NCBI GenBank assembly: GCA_964016885.1
Contig: OZ024740.1
Span: 267,468,001 to 267,532,000, forward strand
Source: Eledone cirrhosa
Lineage: Eukaryota
Reading direction: 5' to 3'
Length of the DNA stretch: 64,000 nucleotides
The position numbers and the translations under genes were made by a program. Every line of letters starts with the position of its first letter. The first letter of the stretch is position 1. Shown here in pieces: positions 28,241 through 40,002 of the stretch. The notes under the pieces are model-generated. The model searched no databases, was not told the origin of the DNA, and saw only the letters and a list, made by a program, of their open reading frames with translations.

Positions 28241-28271
<31 letters not shown>

Positions 28272-28317
28272 GCATATATACATATATATATATATATATA
28301 CATATATATATACATAC

Positions 28318-28396
<79 letters not shown>

Positions 28397-28465
28397 CATA
28401 TATATATATACATATATATATATATACATATATATATATACATATATATACATATATATATATAC

Positions 28466-28496
<31 letters not shown>

Positions 28497-28518
28497 CGTA
28501 CATATATACATACATATA

Positions 28519-28554
<36 letters not shown>

Positions 28555-28654
28555 TACATATATATATATACATATATACATACATATATACATACATATA
28601 TACATACATATATATATACATACATATATATATATACATACATATATATATACA

Positions 28655-29065
28655 TGGTGGCTGCCAACTCGTTTTCGAGTACGGCCACTACTTTATATCC
28701 ATGTAGGAGAACCCCTACCGATGCGCTGAACGAGTGTGACTTTTCAGTCCGGCCAGCGACTTGAAAACTTTGGTACAAACACTACACTTGTGACAATTAT
28801 TGACACATAGTGCTAGGCCCATGGTACCATGTGACGACAAGTGCAGAGAGATCTCCAGATATAAAGCAATGCCTGTGCCGTGAAGCTTTTATAGTGAGCA
28901 AAGGCACTGCACAAAGCCATTCCCACTCTCTTAACCAAGATGATATTTACCAAAAAGAAGAACAAGTCAACATTATTGGATATCATCAGGGTTGCAGGTG
29001 TTATATCAGAGTTTTCCTTCTCCTAGAATTCTGCCTTGACAAAGGCTAAGGGGTCATCTCTCCCA
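28655..29065 (-). mobile_element. Interspersed repeat inserted in TA/TACA tracts (copies 34112-34432, diverged 20850-21065); RTE 5'-UTR-like
   Basis: Near-identical to the 34112 copy; minus strand contains ctaggagaaggaaaactctgat, a motif typical of RTE 5' regions. Confidence 0.55.
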
Positions 29066-29831
29066 CATATATATATACATACATATATATATACATACAT
29101 GTATGTATACGTACAAATATACATACATACATATATACATATATATATACATACATATACATACATATATATATACATACATATATATATACATACATAT
29201 ATATATATATATACATACATATATATATATACATACATATATATATATACATACATATATATTTATACATACATATATATATATACATACATATATATAT
29301 ATACATTCATATATATATATACATACATATATATATATACATACATATATATATATACATACATATATATATATATATATACATACATATATATATATAT
29401 ACATACATATATATATATATATACATACATATATATATATATATATACATATATATATGTATACATACAAATATACATACATACATATATACATATATAT
29501 ATACATACATATACATACATATATATATACATACATATATACATACATATATATATACATACATATATATATATATATACATACATATATATATATACAT
29601 ACATATATATATATACATACATATATATATATACATACATATATATATATACATACATATATATTTATACATACATATATATATATACATACATATATAT
29701 ATATACATTCATATATATATATACATACATATATATATATACATACATATATATATATATACATACATATATATATATATACATACATATATATATATAT
29801 ACATACATATATATATATATATACATACATA

Positions 29832-29869
<38 letters not shown>

Positions 29870-29933
29870 CATATATATATTTATACATACATATATATAT
29901 ATACATACATATATATATATATACATACATATA

Positions 29934-29971
<38 letters not shown>

Positions 29972-30035
29972 CATACATTATATATACATACATATATATA
30001 TATACATATATATATATATACATATATATATATAC

Positions 30036-30100
<65 letters not shown>

Positions 30101-30635
30101 CATATATATATATCTATACATATATATATATATACATATATATATACATATATATATACACATATATACATACATATATATATATACATATATATATATA
30201 CATATATATATATACATATATATATATACATATATACATACATATATATATATACATATATATATATACATATATACATACATATATATATATACATATA
30301 TACATACATATATATATATACATATATATATATATACATATATATACATATATATATATATACATATATATACATATATATATATACATATATATATATA
30401 CATATATATATATACATATATATATATATAAGTATGTACACGTACATACATATATGTATACCGACGTACAGTAGTATGTATATATATATATACATACATG
30501 CACACATATATATATGCACGTATGGATTCACCGAACATTTATTATAATGCTCGGTGTGTTTGTAAACAAACATCCCGTATTAAGCCGTAGTGTCTAGCAA
30601 CCACCGTTGCTCGTTTGTTCAACACTGACAAAGGA

Positions 30636-30678
30636 ACGCTGTACTAGTTTCAAGCTTGTTAGCTATCGTCAGCAACGT
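30636..30678 (-). ncRNA. Minimal type-I hammerhead ribozyme (array copy 1)
   Basis: acgttg CTGACGA t-agct-aaca-agct-t GAAA ctag TA cagcgt; stem I 6 bp, stem II 4 bp, palindromic stem III ACUAGU, GUA site. Confidence 0.88.
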
Positions 30679-31057
30679 ATACCTTCCTGCCAGATTGTTG
30701 AACGTATATACTTACCTTATGCATATTAACGGCTGAGTAGCCCAATATGCATATCGTGTGGGTTAATCGGCCGGGTGCACCGAAAACGATAAACGGAAAA
30801 AATGAAACGATATTTCATTTCCCACTCTTAGTACGGCTGTTACTTAAATATAAGTATGTACACGTACATACATATATGTATACCGACGTACAGTAGTATG
30901 TATATATATATATACATACATGCACACATATATATATGCACGTATGGATTCACCGAACATTTATTATAATGCTCGGTGTGTTTGTAAACAAACATCCCGT
31001 ATTAAGCCGTAGTGTCTAGCAACCACCGTTGCTCGTTTGTTCAACACTGACAAAGGA

Positions 31058-31100
31058 ACGCTGTACTAGTTTCAAGCTTGTTAGCTATCGTCAGCAACGT
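31058..31100 (-). ncRNA. Minimal type-I hammerhead ribozyme (array copy 2)
   Basis: Identical to copy 1, +422 bp. Confidence 0.88.
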
Positions 31101-31479
31101 ATACCTTCCTGCCAGATTGTTGAACGTATATACTTACCTTATGCATATTAACGGCTGAGTAGCCCAATATGCATATCGAGTGGGTTAATCGGCCGGGTGC
31201 ACCGAAAACGATAAACGGAAAAAATGAAACGATATTTCATTTCCCACTCTTAGTACGGCTGTTACTTAAATATAAGTATGTACACGTACATACATATATG
31301 TATACCGACGTACAGTAGTATGTATATATATATATACATACATGCACACATATATATATGCACGTATGGATTCGCCGAACATTTATTATAATGCTCGGTG
31401 TGTTTGTAAACAAACATCCCGTATTAAGCCGTAGTGTCTAGCAACCACCGTTGCTCGTTTGTTCAACACTGACAAAGGA

Positions 31480-31522
31480 ACGCTGTACTAGTTTCAAGCT
31501 TGTTAGCTATCGTCAGCAACGT
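31480..31522 (-). ncRNA. Minimal type-I hammerhead ribozyme (array copy 3)
   Basis: Identical to copy 1, +844 bp. Confidence 0.88.
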
Positions 31523-31846
31523 ATACCTTCCTGCCAGATTGTTGAACGTATATACTTACCTTATGCATATTAACGGCTGAGTAGCCCAATATGCATATCG
31601 AGTGGGTTAATCGGCCGGGTGCACCGAAAACGATAAACGGAAAAAATGAAACGATATTTCATTTCCCACTCTTAGTACGGCTGTTACTTAAATATAAGTA
31701 TGTACACGTACATACATATATGTATACCGACGTACGTGTTTTCGGTGCACCCGGCCGATTAACCCACTCGATATGCATATTGGGCTACTCAGCCGTTAAT
31801 ATGCATAAGGTAAGTATATACGTTCAACAATCTGGCAGGAAGGTAT

Positions 31847-31889
31847 ACGTTGCTGACGATAGCTAACAAGCTTGAAACTAGTACAGCGT
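31847..31889 (+). ncRNA. Minimal type-I hammerhead ribozyme (inverted copy 4)
   Basis: CTGACGA 31853-31859, GAAA 31874-31877, predicted cleavage after GTA 31883. Confidence 0.88.
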
Positions 31890-32268
31890 TCCTTTGTCAG
31901 TGTTGAACAAACGAGCAACGGTGGTTGCTAGACACTACGGCTTAATACGGGATGTTTGTTTACAAACACACCGAGCATTATAATAAATGTTCGGTGAATC
32001 CATACGTGCATATATATATGTGTGCATGTATGTATATATATATATACATACTACTGTACGTCGGTATACATATATGTATGTACGTGTACATACTTATATT
32101 TAAGTAACAGCCGTACTAAGAGTGGGAAATGAAATATCGTTTCATTTTTTCCGTTTATCGTTTTCGGTGCACCCGGCCGATTAACCCACTCGATATGCAT
32201 ATTGGGCTACTCAGCCGTTAATATGCATAAGGTAAGTATATACGTTCAACAATCTGGCAGGAAGGTAT

Positions 32269-32311
32269 ACGTTGCTGACGATAGCTAACAAGCTTGAAAC
32301 TAGTACAGCGT
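32269..32311 (+). ncRNA. Minimal type-I hammerhead ribozyme (inverted copy 5)
   Basis: Identical to copy 4, +422 bp. Confidence 0.88.
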
Positions 32312-32580
32312 TCCTTTGTCAGTGTTGAACAAACGAGCAACGGTGGTTGCTAGACACTACGGCTTAATACGGGATGTTTGTTTACAAACACACCGAGCAT
32401 TATAATAAATGTTCGGTGAATCCATACGTGCATATATATATGTGTGCATGTATGTATATATATATATACATACTACTGTACGTCGGTATACATATATGTA
32501 TGTACGTGTACATACTTATATTTAAGTAACAGCCGTACTAAGAGTGGGAAATGAAATATCGTTTCATTTTTTCCGTTTAT

Positions 32581-32967
32581 ATATATATACATATATATAT
32601 ATACATATATATATACATATATATATATACATATATATATACATATATATATATACATATATATATATACATATATATATATACATATATATATATATAC
32701 ATATATATATACATATATATATATATACATATATATATAGATATATATATACATATGTATATAGATATATATATAGATATATATATACATATATACGTAT
32801 ACATATATATACATATATATACATATATACGTATACATATATATACATATATACGTATACATATATACATATATATGTATACATATATATATATACACAT
32901 ATATATATATATATACACATATATATATATATATATACACACATATATATATATATTTATATATATA

Positions 32968-33001
<34 letters not shown>

Positions 33002-33573
33002 CACATATATATATATACATATACACATATATATATATATATATACATATATATATACATATACATATATATATACATATACATATATATATATACATAT
33101 ACATATATATATATACATATATATATACATATATACATGTATACATATACATATATATACATATATATACATATATATATACATATATATATATATACAC
33201 ATATATATATATATACATATATATACACATATATATATATATACATATATATACATATATATACATATACATATATATACATATACATATATATATACAT
33301 ATATATATACATATATATATATACATGTATATATATACATATATATATGTACATGTATATATATACATATATATACACATACATATATATATACACATAC
33401 ATATATATATACACATACATATACACATACATATATATATACACATACATATATATATACACATACACATATATACATACATATATATATATACATACAT
33501 ATATATATATATACCTATACATATATATACATACATATACATACATATATATATATATACATACATATACATA
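32581..33573. repeat. (TA)n/(TACA)n microsatellite block
   Basis: Direct reading. Confidence 0.95.
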
Positions 33574-33905
33574 TCATCATCATTTCATTTTACGTCCGCT
33601 TTTCCCTGCTTGCAAGGGTGGGACGGGAGCTGATTCTGGCTTGATTTCTACAGCTGGATGCCCTTCTTAACACCAACCTCATTTACAGTGAGTGGTGGGT
33701 GCTTTTTTGCCGTGGTACCTACACGTCCACTTTACAGTGGAATGATAGGGACCCCAGTCCCTATCATCTCATTTCTACAGCTGAGTAAACTGGAGCAATG
33801 TGAAATAAAGTGTCTTGCTCAAGGAAACAACACATCACCCGGTCTGAGAATTGAACTTACAACCTTTCGATTGCAAGGCCGATGCTCTAACCACTAAGCC
33901 ATTTG
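33574..33905 (-). mobile_element. Full-length tRNA-derived SINE with CORE-like domain and RTE-derived 3' tail (second copy 37060-37395)
   Basis: Minus: ggcttagtggttagagc..aagttcaattc head, ccttgagcaagacacttt, internal 11-bp hairpin, tail ccgtcccacccttgcaagcagggaa..gcggacgtaaaatg nearly identical to the RTE end at 10178-10220. Confidence 0.85.
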
Positions 33906-33927
33906 CCGCCACATATATACATACATA

Positions 33928-34007
<80 letters not shown>

Positions 34008-34111
34008 CATATATATATACATATATACATACATATATATATATGTATATACATACATATATATATATGTATATACATACATACATATATGTATATACAT
34101 ACATACATATA

Positions 34112-34432
34112 TGGTGGCTGCCAACTCGTTTTCGAGTACGGCAACTACTTTATATCCATGCAGGAGAACCCCTACCGATGCGCTGAACGAGTGTGACTTT
34201 TTATTCCAGCCAGCGACTTGAAAACTCTGGTACAAACACTACACTTGTGACAATTATTGACACATAATGCTGGGCCCATGGTACCATGTGATGACAAATG
34301 CAGAGAGATCTCCAGATATAAAGCAATGCCTGTGCCGTGAAGCTTTTATAGTGAGCAAAGGCACTGCACAAAGCCAGTCCCACTCTCTTAACCAAGATGA
34401 TATTTACCAAAAAGAAGAACATGTCAACATCA
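34112..34432 (-). mobile_element. Copy of the 28655 repeat family
   Basis: Direct similarity, same left junction atggtggctgccaactcg. Confidence 0.7.
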
Positions 34433-34495
34433 TATATATATATATATACACACATATATATGTATATTACAATACATATATATGTATATACATAT

Positions 34496-34592
<97 letters not shown>

Positions 34593-34600
34593 CATACATA

Positions 34601-34687
<87 letters not shown>

Positions 34688-34709
34688 GCATATATATATA
34701 TATATATAT

Positions 34710-34900
34710 AACGAAGGAAATGTGGTAAGGAACCAGGTGGACCATAACGCACCAAAGTACTCCATACTTCGGGTAGTAGAGTGGGTAATAGGAATGAGTA
34801 GGACCCCGATGGCTGAGCTCAAGCCCTTTCGACGGCTAATTCTGGACGTCCAGAATTAGCCGTCGTAACGGCTTGAGCTCAGCCGTCGGAGTCCTACTCG

Positions 34901-34903
<3 letters not shown>
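34710..34903 (-). mobile_element. Family F TA-targeting fold-back element
   Basis: Full tail acgaaggaaatgtggtaaggaaccagg... plus hairpin centred on ctggacgtccag; (TA)n both sides. Confidence 0.85.
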
Positions 34904-34934
<31 letters not shown>

Positions 34935-35060
34935 GTAGGAGGTGAGTTTTATTGTAGTACAATAAAGCAATGCAGATATCGGATAAGAAGCACTCTACAG
35001 TTTGTGGGACTGGAGTATGCATAATATAAGATCAAAAGATGGTTAAAGGAGTTCAATATA

Positions 35061-35127
35061 TTTTATTATGCGCATTTCAAAAACAAACATCATCAAACAA
35101 TAATATTTGTGTTTTCATCAGATAAAA
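35061..35127 (-). ncRNA. Minimal type-I hammerhead ribozyme
   Basis: ttttat CTGATGA [stem II caaatattat/atgatgtttg] GAAA tgcgca TA ataaaa; palindromic stem III AUGCGCAU, AUA site. Confidence 0.88.
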
Positions 35128-35249
35128 CAGGAGAACATGATATGAAGGCTAAAAAAAACACTTGTTGATAGTGCAGTTTTAAATCAATGTTGATTTAAAA
35201 CTGCACTATCAACAAGTGTTTTTTTTAGCCTTCTTAACATGTTCTCCTG

Positions 35250-35316
35250 TTTTATCTGATGAAAACACAAATATTATTGTTTGATGATGTTTGTTTTTGA
35301 AATGCGCATAATAAAA
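35250..35316 (+). ncRNA. Minimal type-I hammerhead ribozyme (fold-back copy)
   Basis: CTGATGA 35256-35262, GAAA 35299-35302, site ATA 35310, stem I ttttat/ataaaa. Confidence 0.88.
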
Positions 35317-35386
35317 TATATTGAACTCCTTTAACCATCTTTTGATCTTATATTATATATATATATATATATATATACATACATGC

Positions 35387-35417
<31 letters not shown>

Positions 35418-35421
35418 CTCG

Positions 35422-35469
<48 letters not shown>

Positions 35470-36065
35470 CATGCATATATATATAAATATATATATACAT
35501 ATATATTCATCATTCATTTCATTTTGCATCCTCTTTTCCCCGCTTGCATGGGTGGGACAGGAACTGATGCTGGCTTGATTTCTACAGCTTGATGCCCTTC
35601 CTAACACCAACCTATATATATTTATATATATATACATACGTACATATATATGTATGTATGTATGTTTGTATATATATTATATTTGGTATAAATGGAAGTT
35701 GTAGCTGCAGCAGGGCAGATACCAATCAATGGTGTGAAAAGTTAATAAATTTCTTGCCTGAATTATCATAACTTTATATAAGTGTGACACCAAGAATATA
35801 CTAACTAGGTGTAAGTAGCCATATTATATAACAACAAAGATAGATAGATGGATTGATTTAGATTTTCTTACTTCAAGAACTAAAAGGACCAAGTTTAAAG
35901 GAGTGTTTAATAAATATTAATTTATGAGAGAGAATAAATTTATTATAACTTTTAACTATGAAAAGTGTTCTTGTTTTGCTCCAAAGAGATCACTTGGAGT
36001 TAGTGTTTGTCCCAAACCTCTAAGAACTGCGTTTGCTCTATCACTCTATTACAAAAGTTTACATT

Positions 36066-36108
<43 letters not shown>

Positions 36109-36412
36109 CATACATAGGAACATATGGGAACACATGCAAACAGAAAACATACATACTTACAACATAAAAACATACATACATACATATGCATGTATATAAC
36201 ATGCACATGCACACACACATAACTCAAAACATCCACATCCACACATACAATAACATCCATGCCTGCACACATACACAGGCATGCAGGCACATCAACCTAG
36301 TTGATGTTTAAAATCCAATGAAAGAGTTTTGTATCTATGTTAGAAACTGACTCTCTATTGGTAAACATTTATAAAATCATAAAACCAGAAGAACATACAT
36401 ACATACATACAT

Positions 36413-36705
36413 AGAGTTTACAAATCCAGTATCCAAGATACACCTTTAGCTTTATACCCATCATTATTGGTGCTACGGGTTATATACCAACCCGCTTGGA
36501 ACAAAGTATGACTGAACTTGGATTTGCGGACAAAAAGCGCAGCTCCCTAATTCATAGTCTGCAAATGGCTGCGATAGCTGGCACCTTCAAAATTTGCAAA
36601 ACATTCTTGCGATTCAAGGGATGCCAATTTCTTTTCTTTTACAACCTTGCCACCAGGAAGGTGGCCAGTCAAAAAAATATACTCAAAATTAAGAGAAAGA
36701 GAAAA
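36413..36705 (+). mobile_element. 3' end of an RLE-type (R4/Dong-like) non-LTR retrotransposon inserted in (TACA)n
   Basis: Open frame SLQIQYPRYTFSFIPIIIGATGYIPTRLEQ...LQMAAIAGTFKICKTFLRF matches the RLE C-terminus (P.IIGA.G.IP...LQ..A..GT..I.K.FL); 3' hairpin gccacc-aggaa-ggtggc; (TACA)n on both sides. Confidence 0.75.
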
Positions 36706-36755
36706 CATACATACATACATACATACATACATAGATACATACATAGATACATACA

Positions 36756-36786
<31 letters not shown>

Positions 36787-37059
36787 TTATGTGCATTAAG
36801 GAAAGAAAAGAACACTCAATACAGAGTATATAGTTATTAGAAAACTGTATTCGCTCCATTGCTATTCAGAGTGTCACAGAAGTCAAATAAGCAAGATAAG
36901 TGGCTGTAATCCTTCAGGTAATATAATAATCTAAGATGGTGAAAGATGTTAAGTCCTTTCCATCATCTTTCACAATATCAACTGAAGGAGTGGAACCACA
37001 TGTCAAACCTGTGTGACTGTAAAATGGAGTAAATTCACTGTCTGTTTTGCAATATATCA

Positions 37060-37395
37060 TTTCATCATCATTTCATTTCATTTTACGTCCACTTTTCCCT
37101 GCTTGCAAGGGTGGGACGGGAACTGATTCTGGCTTGATTTCTACAGCTGGATGCCCTTCCTAACACCAACCTCATTTACAGTGAGTGGTGGGTGCTTTTT
37201 TGCCATGGCACCTCCACGACCACTTTGCAGTGGAATGATAGGGACCTCAGTCCCTATCATCTCATTTCTACAGCTGAGTAAACTGGAGCAATGTGAAATA
37301 AAGTGTCTTGCTCAAGGAAACAACACATCACCCGGTCTGAGAATTGAACTCACAACCTTTCGATTGCAAGGCCAATGCTCTAACCACTAAGCCAT
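37060..37395 (-). mobile_element. tRNA-derived SINE with RTE tail (copy of 33574)
   Basis: Colinear, high identity with 33574-33905. Confidence 0.85.
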
Positions 37396-37449
37396 GTGTC
37401 TCCATGTTGCAACTCCAGTTGCATTTCCGATTTCATCTTTTTCTTTTTT

Positions 37450-37492
<43 letters not shown>

Positions 37493-37634
37493 CTTATATA
37501 TATATACTTATATATATATATATATATATACTTATATAATAATATATATAATATATATATCTAATATATGTACTATTTATATATATATAATATATGTAAT
37601 ACACACACACTATATATATATATATATATATATT

Positions 37635-37890
37635 AGAAAGTGAGTTTTTTTTTTACAAAATGAAAAAAACCGAGGCGTCCTACATGAGTGAAAGTGTAAG
37701 GAAAAAAGATGAAATCGAAAATGCAACTGGAGTCTTTTTTTAAAAAAATATATATTTATTTGGTTCCTTTACCGGTTTCGCAGTTCTTCTGCTTTTTGAA
37801 AAGCAGTAAAGGAACCAATAAATATATATTTAAAAAAAAAAAAAGACTCCAGTTGCATTTTCGATTTCATCTTTTTCTTTTTTCCTTATA
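37635..37890 (-). mobile_element. TA-flanked fold-back element with hammerhead 3' half
   Basis: Hairpin 37697-37888; minus strand of loop reads gcag-aagaa-ctgc GAAA ccgg TA aaggaacc (37762-37792); CUGANGA absent. Confidence 0.75.
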
Positions 37891-38029
37891 TATATATATA
37901 TATATACATATACTTATATATATATACTTATATATATATATATATATACTTATATAATAATATATATAATATATATATATATATATAATATATGTACTAT
38001 TTATATATATATAATATATGTAATACACA

Positions 38030-38072
<43 letters not shown>

Positions 38073-38171
38073 TAAAAAGGAAAAGAAAATGCTGACAAAT
38101 TTTTCCCAGTAAAAATAGTTTAATTAGGAATAAGTATAAATTAGTAATAAGTATTGGTTAGTATTCAGTTT

Positions 38172-38257
38172 TTACCAGTTGCGCATTTCTAATGCATTTC
38201 AAAAATAATTTTGAGATAGAGGGCTCGTGATGTTTGCTCTAATCTCCAGATTAGTAA
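38172..38257 (-). ncRNA. Degenerate hammerhead-like motif in TA-flanked insert 38070-38390 (related fragment 50300-50385)
   Basis: Minus: ttacta-at-CTGGAGA ... GAAA tgcgca ac tggtaa; core and cleavage site mutated. Confidence 0.4.
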
Positions 38258-38419
38258 TAATAATAAATGTGAAGACTAAAATCCAAAGAGGGTTCGATAA
38301 GGATAAATATATATCAAATATATAAGTACCCTAGAGCAAAGGGTGAAAACAGCGATTCTTTGCTTAAACTTTACTCTGTTATTTTAATAAATATATATAT
38401 ATGTATATATATATACAGA

Positions 38420-38795
38420 CATCACCATCATTATCGCCATTTTTCCATGCTAGCATGGATTAGATGAGTTGTCCTATTGTGAGCAATGCTAGGTCAGGTG
38501 ACCATGTCTTTCTCATACAGACCTGATTTTGGCTTGGTTCCTACAGCTGGATGCCCTTCCTAATGCCAATCTCATTTACAGTGAGTACTGGTGCTTTTTG
38601 TCATAACACCTATATGACCACTTTACAGTGTAGCATAGGGTGGGGTATACTGTATATATGCTTCAGCTTCGGCCTGTGCTCGTGGGAAGTCGGGTTTTCT
38701 GTATTACTGTACAATGCCAGAGATCATGGTCCTGTATCATCACCTTTGAGAGGTACAATTGGGCAAGGTCAGCTTTTATCACCTCATCCCAAGTC

Positions 38796-38798
<3 letters not shown>
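38420..38798 (-). mobile_element. RTE LINE 3' fragment
   Basis: ttccatgctagcatgg terminus, ggatgcccttcctaa motif, decayed C-terminal coding segment. Confidence 0.7.
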
Positions 38799-38828
<30 letters not shown>

Positions 38829-38831
<3 letters not shown>

Positions 38832-38972
38832 AACCAGTAAGACCCCGACAGCTGAGCTCAAGCCGTTTCGACGGCTAAAGTCTTACTGGTTCCTATTACC
38901 CACTCTACTACCTCAAGTATTGAGTACTTTGGTGCGTTATGGTCCACCTGGTTCCTTACCACATTTCCTTCG

Positions 38973-38974
<2 letters not shown>
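38829..38974 (+). mobile_element. Family F element with internal deletion of one hairpin arm
   Basis: Matches the 50047 copy but lacks ~45 bp of the right arm; (TA)n both sides. Confidence 0.85.
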
Positions 38975-39016
<42 letters not shown>

Positions 39017-39052
39017 TTATTTAATTATATAATAAATAACACAATATAATTC

Positions 39053-39122
39053 TTCCATTACAAAAGGTTTCAAGAAACTAGATGATCATTACAGAAACGT
39101 CCAGCCTGTTCATCAGATGAAA
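39053..39122 (-). ncRNA. Type-I hammerhead ribozyme
   Basis: Minus: tttcat CTGATGA ac-aggctgga..tctagttt-ctt GAAA ccttttg TA atggaa; stem I 6 bp, GUA site; TA-flanked. Confidence 0.75.
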
Positions 39123-39219
39123 TAGTTATATATAATACGTAGATCCCCAAGTGTCAGGCAGTATTCCCAGTTAAAAAATGTACTCAATATATTTGTAGAG
39201 TATAGGTATCTTTATTATA

Positions 39220-39980
39220 TACTAGCAGCCGTACCCAGCATTGCCTGGGTAGGTAAAATAATATCTGATGCAAAGTGTAAAGCTACTATAAGATGTGCAA
39301 TGATAGGTTCTATTGTAATATAAAAGTTGAACCAAATAAATTGATTTATGTGTGAGGTGGAGCCGAAGTTTCGAATTTGAACGAAATTGGTTGAAAAATG
39401 TGGGAGCTAGAGCCGAAAAGGCGGAAATTTGAGCGAAAAGGTGGTATTTTCGAATATTTAAGCGGCTGCCACGCCGTTCCTGAACAAAAGAATCCAAAAT
39501 GTAAAGCCACTTTAAGACGTGAAATAATCAGATCTAGTGTAGTGTAAAATTTGAACAAAGTAGGTTGATTAATGTGGGAGCTAGAGCCAAAAAGGCGGAA
39601 ATTTGAACGAAAAGGTGGTATTTTCGAATATTTAAGCGGCTGCCACGCCGTCCCTGAACAACAAATGCAAAATACAAAGCCATTACAGAATGTGCAATGA
39701 TAAATTCTATTTTGCTTTAAAATTTGAACGAAATTGGTGGCAAAATGTGGGAGCTAGAGCCAAAAATCTTATTTTTCGATACCTAAAAAAAGGTGACCCC
39801 CTATCGATTTTTATCTGCAGAATGACCCCGGAATAAAAAACGATACGCTGATATATAGAAAACACTCCCCTAGGACTAATCTATGAGCCTGTAAAGTTTC
39901 ATGAAAATCGGTCCTAAGATGTAGGCCCCTATAGGTAATACACAGACACACACATACTTAATTTTATATATATACAGATA
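39220..39980 (+). mobile_element. Non-autonomous Helitron/Helentron-like element with ~174-bp internal tandem repeats
   Basis: 5' ACTAG plus hairpin tacccagcattgcctgggta; aatgtgggagctagagcc at ~39397, 39571, 39744; 3' aagtttcatgaaaatcgg...cagacacaca..ttttatatatacagat as in Lep1/HINE-type elements. Confidence 0.65.
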
Positions 39981-40002
39981 TATATATATATATATATATA
40001 TA

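Larger units (their letters stand above)
27275..30430. repeat. Very long (TA)n/(TACA)n microsatellite block interrupted by TE fragments (27694-27972, 28655-29065)
   Basis: Direct reading. Confidence 0.95.
30431..32580. mobile_element. Hammerhead-containing 422-bp tandem array with inversion (retrozyme / Penelope pLTR-like non-autonomous retroelement)
   Basis: Unit starts at 30431, 30853, 31275, 31697 (partial); inverted units at 31738 and 32160 ending 32580; only two substitutions seen (30757, 31374); one hammerhead per unit; embedded in (TA/TACA)n. Confidence 0.9.
34932..35356 (-). mobile_element. TA-flanked fold-back element: ~90-bp unique tail plus ~167-bp-arm palindrome carrying a hammerhead in each arm
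   Basis: 35021-35187 is the reverse complement of 35190-35356 (centre aaatcaa-tg-ttgattt). Confidence 0.9.

Noticed and set aside
31591-31866. 91-aa ORF across the array inversion point
   Set aside because: Arises from the palindrome junction; no domain similarity recognised
27164-34859. Long ORFs (up to 503 aa) rich in Y/I/H/T/M/C/V
   Set aside because: Translations of stop-free (TA)/(TACA) microsatellites; not protein-coding
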